From contig RSEE01000011.1 of NCBI GenBank assembly GCA_003971905.1, positions 558,001 to 622,000 of the forward strand: 64,000 bases of DNA, given 5' to 3'. This document shows positions 26,743 through 39,033 of this stretch, piece by piece (the stretch's first letter is position 1; each line of letters opens with the position of its first letter). Both the position numbers and the translations under genes were made by a program. This stretch comes from Moniliella sp. 'wahieum' (taxonomy: Eukaryota). Below the pieces are notes generated by a model. That model ran no database searches, was not told the origin of the DNA, and saw only the letters and a list, made by a program, of their open reading frames with translations.

Positions 26743-28073
26743 CTATAAAGCTCTGTCTACGTGTTTGGGATGGTCCAAACAGATAATGAATGGCGGGCTA
26801 GGTGAGATCGTGTTGAGACCTAATGGCGTGAAGTGTGGTATTTGAGCCATGTGAGAAGCAGCGCATAGATAATGCCGTATGCTGCGTGAAGCTTCAGTTT
26901 GTGGACAAAAGAGACGCTTGCATTGGCCTGGCTCAACTCCAACATCAACACGGATGTAAGGCCTAAGGCCTGAGGTTAGGCCTGTGGCGGCGCATGCGCA
27001 TTCTGTAGGAAGGAGGGGTTGAAGCATCCGAGTTGCCGATAGTTGTCGGTTACCGGTTACTGGCCTTACCGGTTACTGGCCTTACCGGCTACCGATTACC
27101 TCCGGTGGCCTATGGTAACGGTAACTACTAACTAGTAGCCGGACAGTAGCCGGTAACCAGTAACACTACTAATAAAAGGGTGCAGGGTCGGAGTTAGGTC
27201 TGACACCTGTCTGAACCAGCCGACGGCAGCAGTTGTGACAGCCATGTGCGCTCGCAAGTGCCTCGTCCCGCCCACCTATCAGGTTATTGGGTCTTGAGAA
27301 ATGTTCGACAGAACCTAACCGCCGGGCCGCATTGCTTTTACTGCGCCTCAGGCCTCAATACGCCCGCTGAGACAAAGCGCGTGGGTGCGTATCTCCAGCC
27401 ACGTCAACATGCTGACGTCGCACTCATGGAGGTGCACTATACATGTCGCCCGAAGCACGCTATCTTCAAGCTCCAAGCTTCAAAGCTCAGCCAATCGATC
27501 CGACCTCTTCGTCAAATGGGTCGTGTGTGTGACAATGAGCCCACCTTACACCGGGGGCACACACAGCCGCATGCTAGATCCTGCGAACGATTCAGCCAGT
27601 GGGCTGAGGCGCTGCGGACTGAATATCTGAGCCTCATCGTCGCCCCCGCGGCTCCAACTTGTGCACTTACACAACCAAAGCATCTGCCGCGTGTCTCGAC
27701 GATCGAATCCGTCCCTATTCTATCCCATGGGATTCTCGGAGGGCGGGTTGCTGATACACGCGCGCACGCCCTCTCTCTCAGAGCCCTTTAGTAGGCTGTC
27801 AAGTACAGCATGTCGCCAACGCTTGATGCAAGCCTGATGTTACTGCTCCAAAAATAGCTGGCCCCGTACCCGGTCACCGGTACCCTTAGATTATCATGCG
27901 CGCCGCACGGGCCATCAGCCACTGGTTGACGTGCTGTCGCCCCGGAACGGAATCCATTAAAAACACGCGTAGTTGTGGCACCTTAAGATGCTATAGCCTT
28001 ATCCCCCCTTCTCTCCTTCCCTCCCTCCTCCAACCACCACATCTCCACATATCCGTCGTACCACTTCACCGAT

Positions 28074-29039
28074 ATGACCAACGGAATCACTCGCATTGCT
28101 GTCGCTGGCGTGGGCCACGTGGGCGCGCCCGTGCTGAACGCCTGCTTGCTACGCCCGGTCTGGCCAAGCCTATCGTGCTCACTCGCAACCCCACTGGACC
28201 AACCGTCCAACCGTATGCGGACAAGGTTACGCTCGTCAAGATCCCTTCCTACGACGACGAAGCCGCAGTGGCCGAGGCTCTGAAGAGCCACAACATCGAG
28301 GCTCTGATTGCTGCCACCGGTGGTGCCAACGGTTCCACCCAGCTGCCGATCGCCAAGGCGGCTAAGGCGGCTGGCCTCAAGCTCTTTGTCTCGGCTGAGT
28401 TTGGCCTCGACTTCCGGTACCTCTCCGCAGCTGAGCTCCACCCCTGGCTTGCGGACCGCAAGGCTTTCCACACCACTTTGAACGAGGTACGCTCCTCTCC
28501 TCTCCTTTATTCCCTTCCCTCTCTTTTGAATCTCGTATGCTGACATTCCACTTCAGTTGGGAGTGCCTTGGGTTTCGCAGGCCAATGGCCTGTTTGCCGA
28601 CTGGGCCCTCACCCCCTTCTTCGACATCGACGTCAAGAACCGCAAGGCGACCATCTACGGTGACGGAAACCAACCTTTTGACGCGACCGCTCTAGTGGAC
28701 ATTGGCCGGGCTGCCGTATTGGCTACGCTGGCGCCGCTGCCGCAACCGGGGGCCGGACGCAACTACTGTCGTTGGCATCACTGCCTCGTGGAACCAATGG
28801 ATTGCGCAGCTGGAGAAGCTGACCGGGTCCAAGTTTGACGTTACCTACAAACCTGAAGCGGAGGTCAAGGCGATTGAGCAGCAGCCTGATCCGGCTGGCT
28901 TGCTGCTTTCCTCAAGGCGGCCCAAGCTGACGGTCGTGCCCACACCGCCACGGACAAGGTCGACAACAAGCTGCTCGGGTTCACACCGACCGCCACTTTC
29001 GAAACAGTGAGCCAAGCAGCCGTCGCCGCAGCCAAGTAA
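28074..29039 (+). CDS. NmrA-like / isoflavone reductase-like NAD(P)-binding protein
   Basis: RIAVAGVGHVGAPVL (Rossmann motif), QLPIAKAAKAAGLKLFVSAEFG, ATIYGDGNQP, DIGRA, LEKLTGSKFDVTY. Intron at about 28487-28557. Confidence 0.88.
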
Positions 29040-30031
29040 GGTATTCATTTAACCTTCTGAAACAGTTGGTTCACCAGTACAAATGAAGTACAAGGGTATG
29101 AGCATAACAACCGTTGCCAAGTATAATGGGGGTAGTTGCCGACGTTGCCAAAACAAGGAGAGGCCTTTTTTGGATAGTACAACCACGCGTCACCGGGCAA
29201 ATATACGGTAAAGATCGAAGTAGTATAGGCCACAGTAGGGAGATATTTTCCGACCCGGAGGTTGCACACTATGTAACTCGACAGCGCTGTCTGCGTTCGA
29301 CCTTCATACGGAGTGTGCTATTTTCCGCCCTACAAATACTAGGCGACGATGGTCGAGTTGGGTTCAGCACATTCAACACACTCAACGTTCAACGTTGAGT
29401 TCAGTGTTAAGTTCAACGCCTCAGCACACAGAGCAGGCGCTGAGTTGGTTGAGTTCAACTTTTTCAGCGCTCGGTTCGAAGGCTAAGGCCTGAGGCTGTG
29501 ACCGCGTGAGCGCTGGCCCTAGCCGGCGTCCTGAGCGTAAAGAGACCATACAATTGTGGGAGGCGAGCAAGGCAGGAGCGGAAGTGGTGTGGATGCAATC
29601 AAGGGGAAGGCAGCCCGAAGGCGCAACAGGAAGGGGGCAGAACAGAGGCGGAACAGGGCCGCCTCGCGATGTTGAAGCTCGAAGAAGGCAGCTGTGGTGG
29701 GACAACGGTGTGTGGCGTGCTATTTGTGTGATACCGACGGCGGGGAAACGATCACTGATGCACGTACTGATGCATCGCATCATGCATCATGCATCATGGC
29801 TGAGGCTCAGCGGTTCAGGCGCAGGGCGCCCAGGCCTGACGGTGACCGGCTGACCTTAGGCTGGGTGCCGATGAGGCCGAGGATCGATGGTCAGAATGTC
29901 AGATGCAGATTCAGACAGGCAAGCCCTGGTGGCCTTCAAGCTTCAAGCTTCACTCGGTGTGCGAACATCCTGCCGCCGCTCCCTTGAAACTTGACTTCTA
30001 CACAACCATCCGTCACCATCTCGCCCTCATT

Positions 30032-31922
30032 ATGCCCCCAACAGCGCAAAACAGTTTGTGGTCGACACTGAGCCACGATACCAACAACATCATTGTGCCC
30101 CGCAGCTCCATCAAGAGGATGAGGTCGATGAGGTCGATGAGCTCTCCCGAACCCCAGAGATCTCGCCCGCCTCACGCACGCCCAGAAGGCCTGGGAGGAC
30201 CGAGTATTACAATCCGGTCAGGTCTCCAGATAGTACTTCCGTAAGGTCGCCTACTGAGAATGGCGATCACGGCATCAAAGCTGAGGAGACCGATGGGAAT
30301 ACTGAGGGTACTTCTGGTGGGCGAGAACACGGAGGAGGGCAGTGCTAAACACGCTAAGGCCCACTCAAAACCAAACGCATATCCACAATCGAACACCTTG
30401 CCAAAACTGTTCGTGCCCCAGTGCCTGCCCCCAAATTCCTTTTCCAGTTATGCACCATGGCCGCTATGATTATGGCGGTGTTCTGGATCGACGTCTGTTA
30501 CCTCTTTGGCTCCTTTTACCACGAGCCTTACTTTACTCGACGCGTCCAAGTACCCGTTGTCGACTTTGACGGGGGTGCATTTGGCCAAGCTTTGGTGGCC
30601 ACCGCAGCTAAGCTCAATGCCACCCACGGCTATCCCACCTACACCATTCACCCGGCGAACGAAACGTCCCCACACCAGCTCGCCCATGACGTATGGAAGG
30701 GAAAATACTGGAGCGCAGTATACATCGAATCAGGTGCCACCGAGCGCTGGATGGCAGCGATAAATGGCACGGCCACTGCCTACAATCCCTCTGCCACAGC
30801 TCACACCTTGGTTCTGCCCATTCGCAAGTATGTTTACATGAGCAACTTGCTCATCAGTGGCAACCAGCTGCTCTCAGCTTTCCAGGTGTCCCTCGGTACC
30901 AATGTGGTTGCACCAGCCTTAGCCAACGTCTCATCAAGTGTGCTAAGCACAAGTGCCACCGCTCGCTCAGCGGCCGCGGTTGCTGCTGTCGGAACCCCTC
31001 AATATGCCGACGGCCGCAGTCAACTCCCGTACAATGCACCTTACTCGGAACAGTGGCCGTCGTCTTGAAATTCTGATGAGTTTCTTTCATGATGGGCTTT
31101 AACGCCATGTCCAATGGTTACAACTTGTGGGCGTCCATGCCCAGTACTAGACTCCATGTTGCTCGTTGGCATTTGGGACTCATCTGGCCCTTGCTCACAT
31201 CCCTCTGCGGCACCGGGTTTGTGTTGGTCTTCAAAGGCCCACAGTACGATATTCCCGTCGCTCGCACCCTTTTCTCTCTGGCCCATTATCTGGGTTAACA
31301 ACGCAATCCATTTGGGGTAATGGACGTGATTACTACCTACGTCCCCCTCCCCATTCTTCCCCTCGTCGTGGTCACGTGGACCTTGTCTAACGTGACATCG
31401 ACTTTAGCGGCCCCGAACTCAGTACGTCCCCCCCCCAGATCAGGCGCTACCACATTCAGTATCGTTATCTTGGAGTGTAGTACTACTGACCCATTTCTCT
31501 CGACTTTTTTCTCTTGCCCTCACGCAGCACACCACTTTTACCGCACGATCTACTTCTGGCCCAGCTACCACACTTTCAATCTCGAGATGTGTGTGCTCTC
31601 TGATGGAGGCTTGACGAACACACTCAAGTATAGCATCCCCGTTGCCATGGCATGGGGGCCCTTTCCCTCACAGGCTCTTGGTTCGCCACCGCTCGCAGGG
31701 TCCGTCTCGGCCGACTGGCGTTCGCACAACAAGTCCACGAGGGAAAGGCCACTGGCATTCCTCGTCGAAAAACTCAATCTGCTGGAGCGGAAGCTTGAGA
31801 TCTGGAACCCGTCTCATGCACTCCCTTGGTTTAGGGCTGGGCACTCGAAACTTGAAACTCGAAGCTCGGGAGGACTGGCCAATGATTCAGCGGGCTCACG
31901 AGTTGGCAGTGGGGTACCCTAA
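30032..31922 (+). CDS. SNG1-like / DUF3533 multi-pass membrane protein
   Basis: YLFGSFY, VPVVDFDGG, VWKGKYWSAVYIESGAT, YNPS, VTWTLSNV..HFYR...WPSYH. Start and stop approximate. Confidence 0.75.
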
Positions 31923-32461
31923 TGGCCGGGATATTATAGCCTCTGCCGCTAGTCTAAGCCAGTTTCCTGCATTCTTTCGGTTCCCTTGTCAAAAGGACCC
32001 CCCATCAACTATCCACTTTGGCAATGCTCCCTCAAAGCCACACCACTAAGGACTATTAACATCAAAAGGACTTTTCTCTGTAATGCACCTGATCTTCTCG
32101 GCGAGGCCGGCACAGACATGGCAGGGGAACGATTGGTATTTACCCATAATGGCGCAATCGAGACTTTGCCCAACCTGACATGTCACTTGCCATCGTTGTA
32201 TCTTCAATCGTGGCGACCCCAGGCGGGCAGGGGGCTAATACAGAAAAAGGCTGAGGTAGGGAAGGTCCAGTGGGAGGCGGGGGAGTACGGGCGAAAAACA
32301 GATGAGAGGGGCAGGAGCAAGCGGGAACAAACAGGACCCATAGGTTACGCATGAGACGTGAGGGGGATCTCATCGGCACTTGGTGACCAGGGGAAGGGGA
32401 GGGTTAGTACATGGAATAGAAAAAGAAAAAGAGACGCATAGTCCACAGAGGTTTCGAAAGC

Positions 32462-33184
32462 TTACTTCTTGAAGTCATGGAGAGCGTCGCGCATTTGGTG
32501 CCCATAGGAGGTTTGCAACGTGACGAAGTAGGCCTAGGGAAGGGAGGAAGATCACCAGTTAGTTCGAACGCTCATGACACAGAGAAGGGAGAAAACGCAC
32601 TTCAAGTACCGCAAGTAGGAGGAGGAGACCAGACATGCAGCCCAATTGGGCATAGATGAGAGCGTTGCAAATGTCGTGGCCAACTTCATTGGAGGTATTG
32701 GAGTTGAAATTGTTGACGTGGCCCGAGGCGGTGATGGGCGGGTTGTACCCAAAGTTGCCCATGCACGAGTTGTACGTCTTGGAGTGCTGCACCCCGGCCA
32801 CAATGATAACACGATAGCAGGATGAAGATGACCAGCAGGCCTAACCGGTGGAGAAAGAGGTAGAGACGGTAGACCGAGTACCGCTCCGTCGCGATCCCAA
32901 TCACACCCACCACCTGCCACAAACCCACAACAAGGAGCGAGAGACCAGTGAGATACTTTGTCCATGATAATGATACCCCCATCAAAGCAACAATCTCCTT
33001 GGGGCCAAATGCAAGGGCACACCCGGCGATGCCCATGAGAAAGTTGAGAAGGCAGATGCCGTAGCTGCCACTGTTGATCAGTGGCAAGGCCTAGAGTGGG
33101 TGGGCATATGTTAGACCGGGGCTTGGACAATAAGAGCAAGCACCAACGTACACAGCAGCAAAAGTTGATCCCGTGGCGGCCCAT
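32462..33184 (-). CDS. Uncharacterised small multi-pass membrane protein (about 4 TM)
   Basis: MGRHGINFCCC, intron, then PLINSGSYGICLLNFLMGIAG, VIGIATERYSVYRLY, Cys-containing loop, C-terminal TM. Clear GTACG/CTAAC/TAG introns. Confidence 0.65.
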
Positions 33185-33765
33185 CGTGCAGAACGGATGG
33201 TGGTGGTGGTGCACCAGGCCCCCGCCCATGAAGCCCGGTGATACATGCGACGTCTGACAAGCCCCACGCTCGATGCGGAGCGCAGTGGAACCCTACCGCT
33301 TCAAAGTTGCACCGCAACTGGCCTCCGACACAGGGCCAGTTCGGCACAAATGGTTGTTTCATTTTCGTCCTCATCCAAGGGTGCTTGGTGCAGCCAACGC
33401 CGACAGCCAAAGCCGAAGACAGCCACACCAACAGCTGTTGACAACGATTGTGGAGCAGGAGCCCGGGGCTTGGAAACTCCGTTGGTGGATGCAAAATTAT
33501 GTGAGGGTCTAGATATATTATCTAGGACACACGATTGAAGCAGTTTTGATTGCGTTGCAGAGCACTTTGGGGCACGCTGTGGAAGATGATATAGTGGAAG
33601 ACGATATAGTCGGGTGACGAACACAGGGGGACACGAGAATGCAGCAAAAAACGAGAGATCGGCAGTGAGGCAAAAAACGAAGGTGGAGTGTCTCCATAAG
33701 GAGAAAGAGATGCGAGGGAGCCTGCAAACACATTCCCCGTGACCAATGACCATGAAAAAGAAAAG

Positions 33766-35707
33766 TTACCGCATGAGTTGTTCCCGAGATGGCGAGTAAG
33801 GATAGAGGTCATTTCCGTAAGCCTGGGAGTATCCAGTCGACTGCTCCGACGCATCCAGCGGAGCGAGAGAATCGCCCAAGTCACCCAGGTGAGAGTGGCT
33901 TGAAGGCGGCGCAAGGTATGCTTCAGAAGCAGAGTCCGGAATGGCTCGACTGGCCGCAGGGATCAGCTGCGTGTCGCTCCGGTTATCGTCGAGCAGGCTC
34001 TGGCGGTCCTGCTGCAACCGTTTTCTGGGTCGCCAGTACCGCCGGCACAATCTCGGGTCCGTACATATCGGTAAGCTTGGACATAAAGTCCTGCTGGATC
34101 CGAGCAACCGTGGTAGAATTAAGACGATAGGCAGGGGGGGTGAGACCCTTTCCGAAACGATAGGTGATGTGGTTGGATGACAAGAGTGAAACTACAATCA
34201 GGACAAGGTGCGGGCCGACGAGTGAGAAAGAACAGGTGTAGATGTACCGCAAGGCCATGCGTTCAAACCGTGTCATCCGCCCTTTGCACCCGGGAAGAGC
34301 AGAACGGGCATAACACAGGCTGCTCTCGCTGGCCTCGATTGTAGGGTTGAACCAGCCACAACAGGTTAGCGTGTTTTGCACCATCCTGCGGCCGTCCACA
34401 CCAAGGGAACGAGACCAGGCCTCGTTCATTTTCCCTTCGAGGTTAAAGGTGTGCCGCTTGTAGGCAATGTATCCGGGCGCGACAAGGAAGGCAAAGCAGA
34501 TCCAGTGGAGGAGGGTCCAAACAGCAAGGAAAGCACGGTTGTTGAGCAGGATCCCCGCCCATCCGATGATTGATGTGGTAAACATCAAAGACGCGGCGGT
34601 AGTGCCGAGAATGAGTTCAGTATGATTGACGGTCCGCACAATGTCCGAGCGAGCCCATACGTTGGTCCAGGTAAGAATGGTGCCTACCAGCCCACCAATG
34701 GAGATCAGGGTCAGCAACGTATTGGCACCAAAAAGGGCCCACTTGAACTTGTTCCAGCGGAGACGGCGTTTGCCCTTTCCGTCTGAATCGCGGGCAAAGA
34801 CGCTGTTCATGAGGCGATGGACAAAGTTGGGCTCTTCTTGCGTGTCGGGGTCGTCCTTGTAAGTGTCAAGCACTTCTTTAGCCGTCACACTAAACACAGT
34901 CCGGTGCCGTAGGCCAGCCTCTTGCGCGGCGGGGGTTGCGCCCGATGCAAAGCCGAGGTTGACTCCATCGTCGTCTTCAAATCCACCCGCCCAAGACTGA
35001 ATGGCCACCGCCGTTCGGACCCCATGCATCCCTCCCCCGCCTTGCTTAGGCAATGCGATGGAATTGAGATGCGAATGCGACCGGAGCGAAGGGGTAGGAG
35101 AACGGTGCCCGCCCAAGGTCGGGAGATCAAGGGTGCCGTCCTCTTCTGCAGCAAGTTGCTGAAGAGTGGGCTTGGGCGTGTTCTTGGAAGCAGCCAAATT
35201 GGCCGAGAGGGTGGACCAGCGGCTGGGATCGCCCCTACGGAAGGCACCCGCACCAAACGTGCTTCCCCGAGGAGTGGCAGGTGCGCTGGCACCAAATTCC
35301 TCATCCTCTCCGATTGCTTCGTAGTGGCTCCTCCGCTGCTGGTCAACGTAGGGCGACGAACCACGGTGGCGACGGGAGCCAAGACGGTGCATCCGGCCAA
35401 TCTTGCCGGGGAGATAGTGGCTCGCGAGCGACAGAGGCCCGTCATTGGTTCCGAGATTGGGGCTGGGAAGGGGGCTGGTGAGTGGACTGGCGGAGGGAGA
35501 GGGAGTGAAGGCCCGGCCGTAAGAGAAGCGCTGGGTTAGACCATCTGTGGTGGTGAGGTACGGATCGGCCGAACCCGCATCAACCGGGGGACTGAGGGGC
35601 TGCGTGGCAAAAATCTTGGGGCCGGTAGGAGAGGTGGACAGGTGGGGCACTTCGGAGGGGAAATGGTCCGCCTCAGGCGTCGTGGGTTGGGCAAAGGGAT
35701 ATGACAT
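33766..35707 (-). CDS. TSP2: Basidiomycete Tsp2-type tetraspanin with long N-terminal tail
   Basis: LRWNKFKWALF, GILLNNRAFLAVW, PGYIAYKRHTFNLEGK, QNTLTCCGWF (CCG motif), CYARSALPGCK, SNHITYRFGKGLTPPAYRL. Confidence 0.88.
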
Positions 35708-36993
35708 GCCCAAGAAGCGGGTAGAGAACGTGGATGGGGAGGTGGCTCAATAGGGTGGCAGAGAGGAAGGTGGGGGGGACGAAGTGCGTGGGCAGAAGGC
35801 AGCCAGCGACTGGTGAGGTGGAGGATGGCCCACCGGCAATCTCCGCCAGTGCCCCGCCTCCTCCGCTGCTTAAGCTGGCCCCTGTTCTGCCTGGGAAGTC
35901 AAGCTTCCAGCTTCTGTCCAGCTTCAGGTGCAGGAGCATGGCCATTAGCTAGCCGGGAACATCACTGGTCCGGTCACTGGCCACCAAGCCACGGCCGAGG
36001 AAGCGCAGAGCACGAGGCCTAGTTTCACCCACAATCTCAGCGAAACGGCCCCCGTGCCCGTTCTCAGCAGATCTGCAGCCAGGCACCCCGGGTGAGCGCG
36101 GTCAGCGGCTCAGCGCCATAGCCTGCATATAGCATAGCCCTCCTGAGTCCTGATCCCATAGCGCTTCGCGGCGGAAGGGCACGCGAGACTGGTGTGGTGC
36201 CGGCCTGGCCCAACGCCGCCCGCGGCAGCACAGCCACCAGGCCCCGAAGCGCCCCCGCGCCCCCATTGATGTGGCTGGGAATGCAGCCCAGGAGCGGTCT
36301 CTCTCCATCACACACACTACTGAGTCCTTTAGAGCTTTGGGCCACGTCTGAGGCCTGACGCGGCTCTGGGCCGCTGCCGCCGCCCGATGGGACGGATGCA
36401 CTGATGCATGGAAGGACTGCCCTTGCAAGATTCACGCATCGGAGACAGTCCACATGCATCATGCATCACATGTCACAGCTGAAAAATGTCGCTGTATAGT
36501 CGAGGAAAGACGAGTAGCACCAAGTACTCAGTTGAGTACGTTGAGTACTCAAGTTGAGTGAGTACTCAGGTAGGTAAAAGATTCGTTGGTAGTGAGTACG
36601 AGTAGACGTAGAGGAGAGTAACTAGTAACATCATGGCTAGAAGGGAGACATGGGAAAAAGTTGAAGCACTACTGGATTATCTAGCAAGAGGGTCGTGGCG
36701 CGTGACGCCTGGTCAATGGTCGCCGGTCACCGGTCACCGGTCATTCGTCCTCGTCCTTGTCATGCGCTTCGCTCGTCGCGCGTCGATGGATCGATCATAC
36801 AATGCAGGATGATGTCGATGATGTGCATGATGGGCATGATGCATGATGCATCGAGAGCCACCCACCGATCACCGCATGATGTACCCGTTCAGGCCAACCC
36901 TATTTGTTTCTTTGTTGCTGGGGCCTACAAGTGATTTGCGTTTGGCGATCGGTGGCCGGTGGTAGGTGGGTGGATTTCTACCCATTTGCGAAG

Positions 36994-37092
36994 AGCTTCA
37001 AGCTTCAAGAGCTTCAAGCTTCCAGCTTCAAGCTTCAAGAGCTTCAAGCTTCCAGCTTCAAGCTTCAAGGTTCAAGCTGAGTAGCTTCAAAC
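36994..37092. repeat. (AAGCTTC)n palindromic-heptamer array with a 30-bp higher-order period
   Basis: Directly visible; the 30-bp period holds from about 36994 to 37069. Confidence 0.95.
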
Positions 37093-37184
37093 TCCTAAGT
37101 TGAATCAATCAATCAGCGCCCGACCTCAGGGGCCTGTGCCTCAGGTATCAGCACGTCACCGGTCACCCTCTCAGACCTTCAGAT

Positions 37185-37244
37185 ATCTCAGACTTACTCG
37201 TGAGGCTCATGCGCATCTCAGACTTACTCGTGAGGTTCATGCGC
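37185..37244. repeat. 30-bp tandem duplication ATCTCAGACTTACTCGTGAGG(C/T)TCATGCGC x2
   Basis: Directly visible; 1 mismatch. Confidence 0.95.
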
Positions 37245-38202
37245 ACTAGCGAAGTTACTAGTTACTATTAGTGACTTATGACTGTCATAGTCACTAGCGT
37301 TGAGCCACCGGCTGGCTCGTGCTCTGGCCAACGTCCCTTCTGTTCCTCCTCGGGCCCTCGGGCCTAGGAGTTCCGTTCTTCTCTCTGCTGTTTTTTCCTT
37401 GTTCCGCAGCTTAGCCCCTGGTGGCGACTCCCTGCTTGATGTTCCTCTGTAGGCGTTTCTGGTTGGCTTAGATCATTACCACCACCAATGGGTTGCAGGT
37501 CTCATCAATTAGTGACTTTCACTGAGGGACAGCTTGGATGATCGATGATCGATGATCGATGGTCTCGACGATCGATGTCGATGAATAAGTATGTCCATTC
37601 CGCCTCCGGTGCCACAAAAAATTGGACCGCGAACTTATCTGTGGTCCCGGTTCCATTATCCGTGTTATGCATGTCATCCGATCGTCAATCTTCACACAGT
37701 CATTCTGCTCCTGTTGCCTTTTTTTGACGTTTCCTCCACCAGCTAGTATAAGTCGCCTCTTGTGGAGCGATTACCATTATCCCTCCAACCCACAAGTTGT
37801 TGGCATAGCCTCTCAGTTTTGCGCCACGATTTTCAGTACTCGACAACGTACTCCACTCCACAACACTCAACGCTTGACCTGTGTTCGGGCTATAACGCGT
37901 AACGCCAGAAGCAGACGTCGGGCCACATGTCACTAGTGATCAACGTTACACGTTGCCTTCCCCACCCCCTCCTCAAATTGTACACTCACGCAAAATTGTA
38001 TACTCACTGGCCATCATACTATACTCGTTCTCCTTCTATTCTGAGAGGGGTATTGGCCTGATGGTAAAGCGGTGCCTGGTATAAAAATGTGGAGTAAATT
38101 GGATTTGTGAACATTTCGTCTGCTTAGCTCAGCCCCGCTGGTCCTTTCTAGCTTCGATTGCTGGACGTGGCGAGCAAGTGGAGCTCCTGGATGGTAACGA
38201 CG

Positions 38203-39033
38203 ATGGCCAACGAGTACGGGAACGGGAGTGCAAGTGGAAGTGGGGGTATTGGAGACAACGGGACGGGAAGCGGGTCCGGCCTGATGGGTCTTAGCGACAC
38301 ACCAGCCAACAATACACCTTCTCTGGGGTGCTCCACCACCTCCAATCCGAATGGCGGCAATACGAGCGCGAACGCAACGAGTGGGAGATTGAACGCGCTG
38401 AGATGCGAGCCCGCATTGCCCTGCTCGAAGGGGAACGAGCCAGTATGGAGAATGCCAAGACCGATCTGATGCGCCGTGTTAAGATGCTCGAGTTTGCGCT
38501 CCGCCAGGAACGGGCGCGCTACCTCGTTGCGGCCGCGGGCGCCACACAAGATTCAGGCCCCGCTTCCCCCGTCTCCCCCTCCGAGGGACACTCTAACGAC
38601 CATCCCGACGAACCCCACGAGGAGGAGGAACACCCTCCTCACCCGATTCACGCTCAGATCGCCAACATCCTTCCTCTCGCCCGCTCTCGTCACGCGGGTC
38701 TCGCCCCGGTCGGCGCTCGGCGCCGCCCCTCTGGTTCCAGCGTGCTGCTAGCCCAGAAAGACCCTAAGTCCAAAGCGCGAAGCAGGGACTTTATGCAGCA
38801 GTATGTCCTCCTCTTACCTTGTCTACCCCATCTTGTTAGGCATTGGGCTAATCCAACCCAGATGTCTACAGGAGATCAATTACCTTACCAGTGCTAGTGC
38901 ACTAACCCACTCCCCGACCATGGGACCGAGTCGATGTTGGGATTACCTCTTTTTCTCAGCTGGGACAAGCCCCGCGGCCACGGCGCGTCATGGAAGAAGA
39001 GCTGAGGCACCCTCAGGAGCGTCAAGAATTTGA
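38203..39033 (+). CDS. Striatin (Pro11/Far8-like) N-terminal region only; WD40 repeats not found
   Basis: YTFSGVLHHLQSEWRQYERERNEWEIERAEMRARIALLEGE..DLMRRVKMLEFALRQER, then DPKSKARSRDFMQQ, intron, CLQEINYLTS. Confidence 0.85.

Noticed and set aside
36994..37092. AAGCTTC array as a CRISPR array or cloning/polylinker artefact (many units are restriction sites)
   Set aside because: There are no unique spacers or cas genes and the context is eukaryotic. The sites are tandem, degenerate and dispersed, unlike a polylinker, and the arrays I saw use only A..T palindromes.
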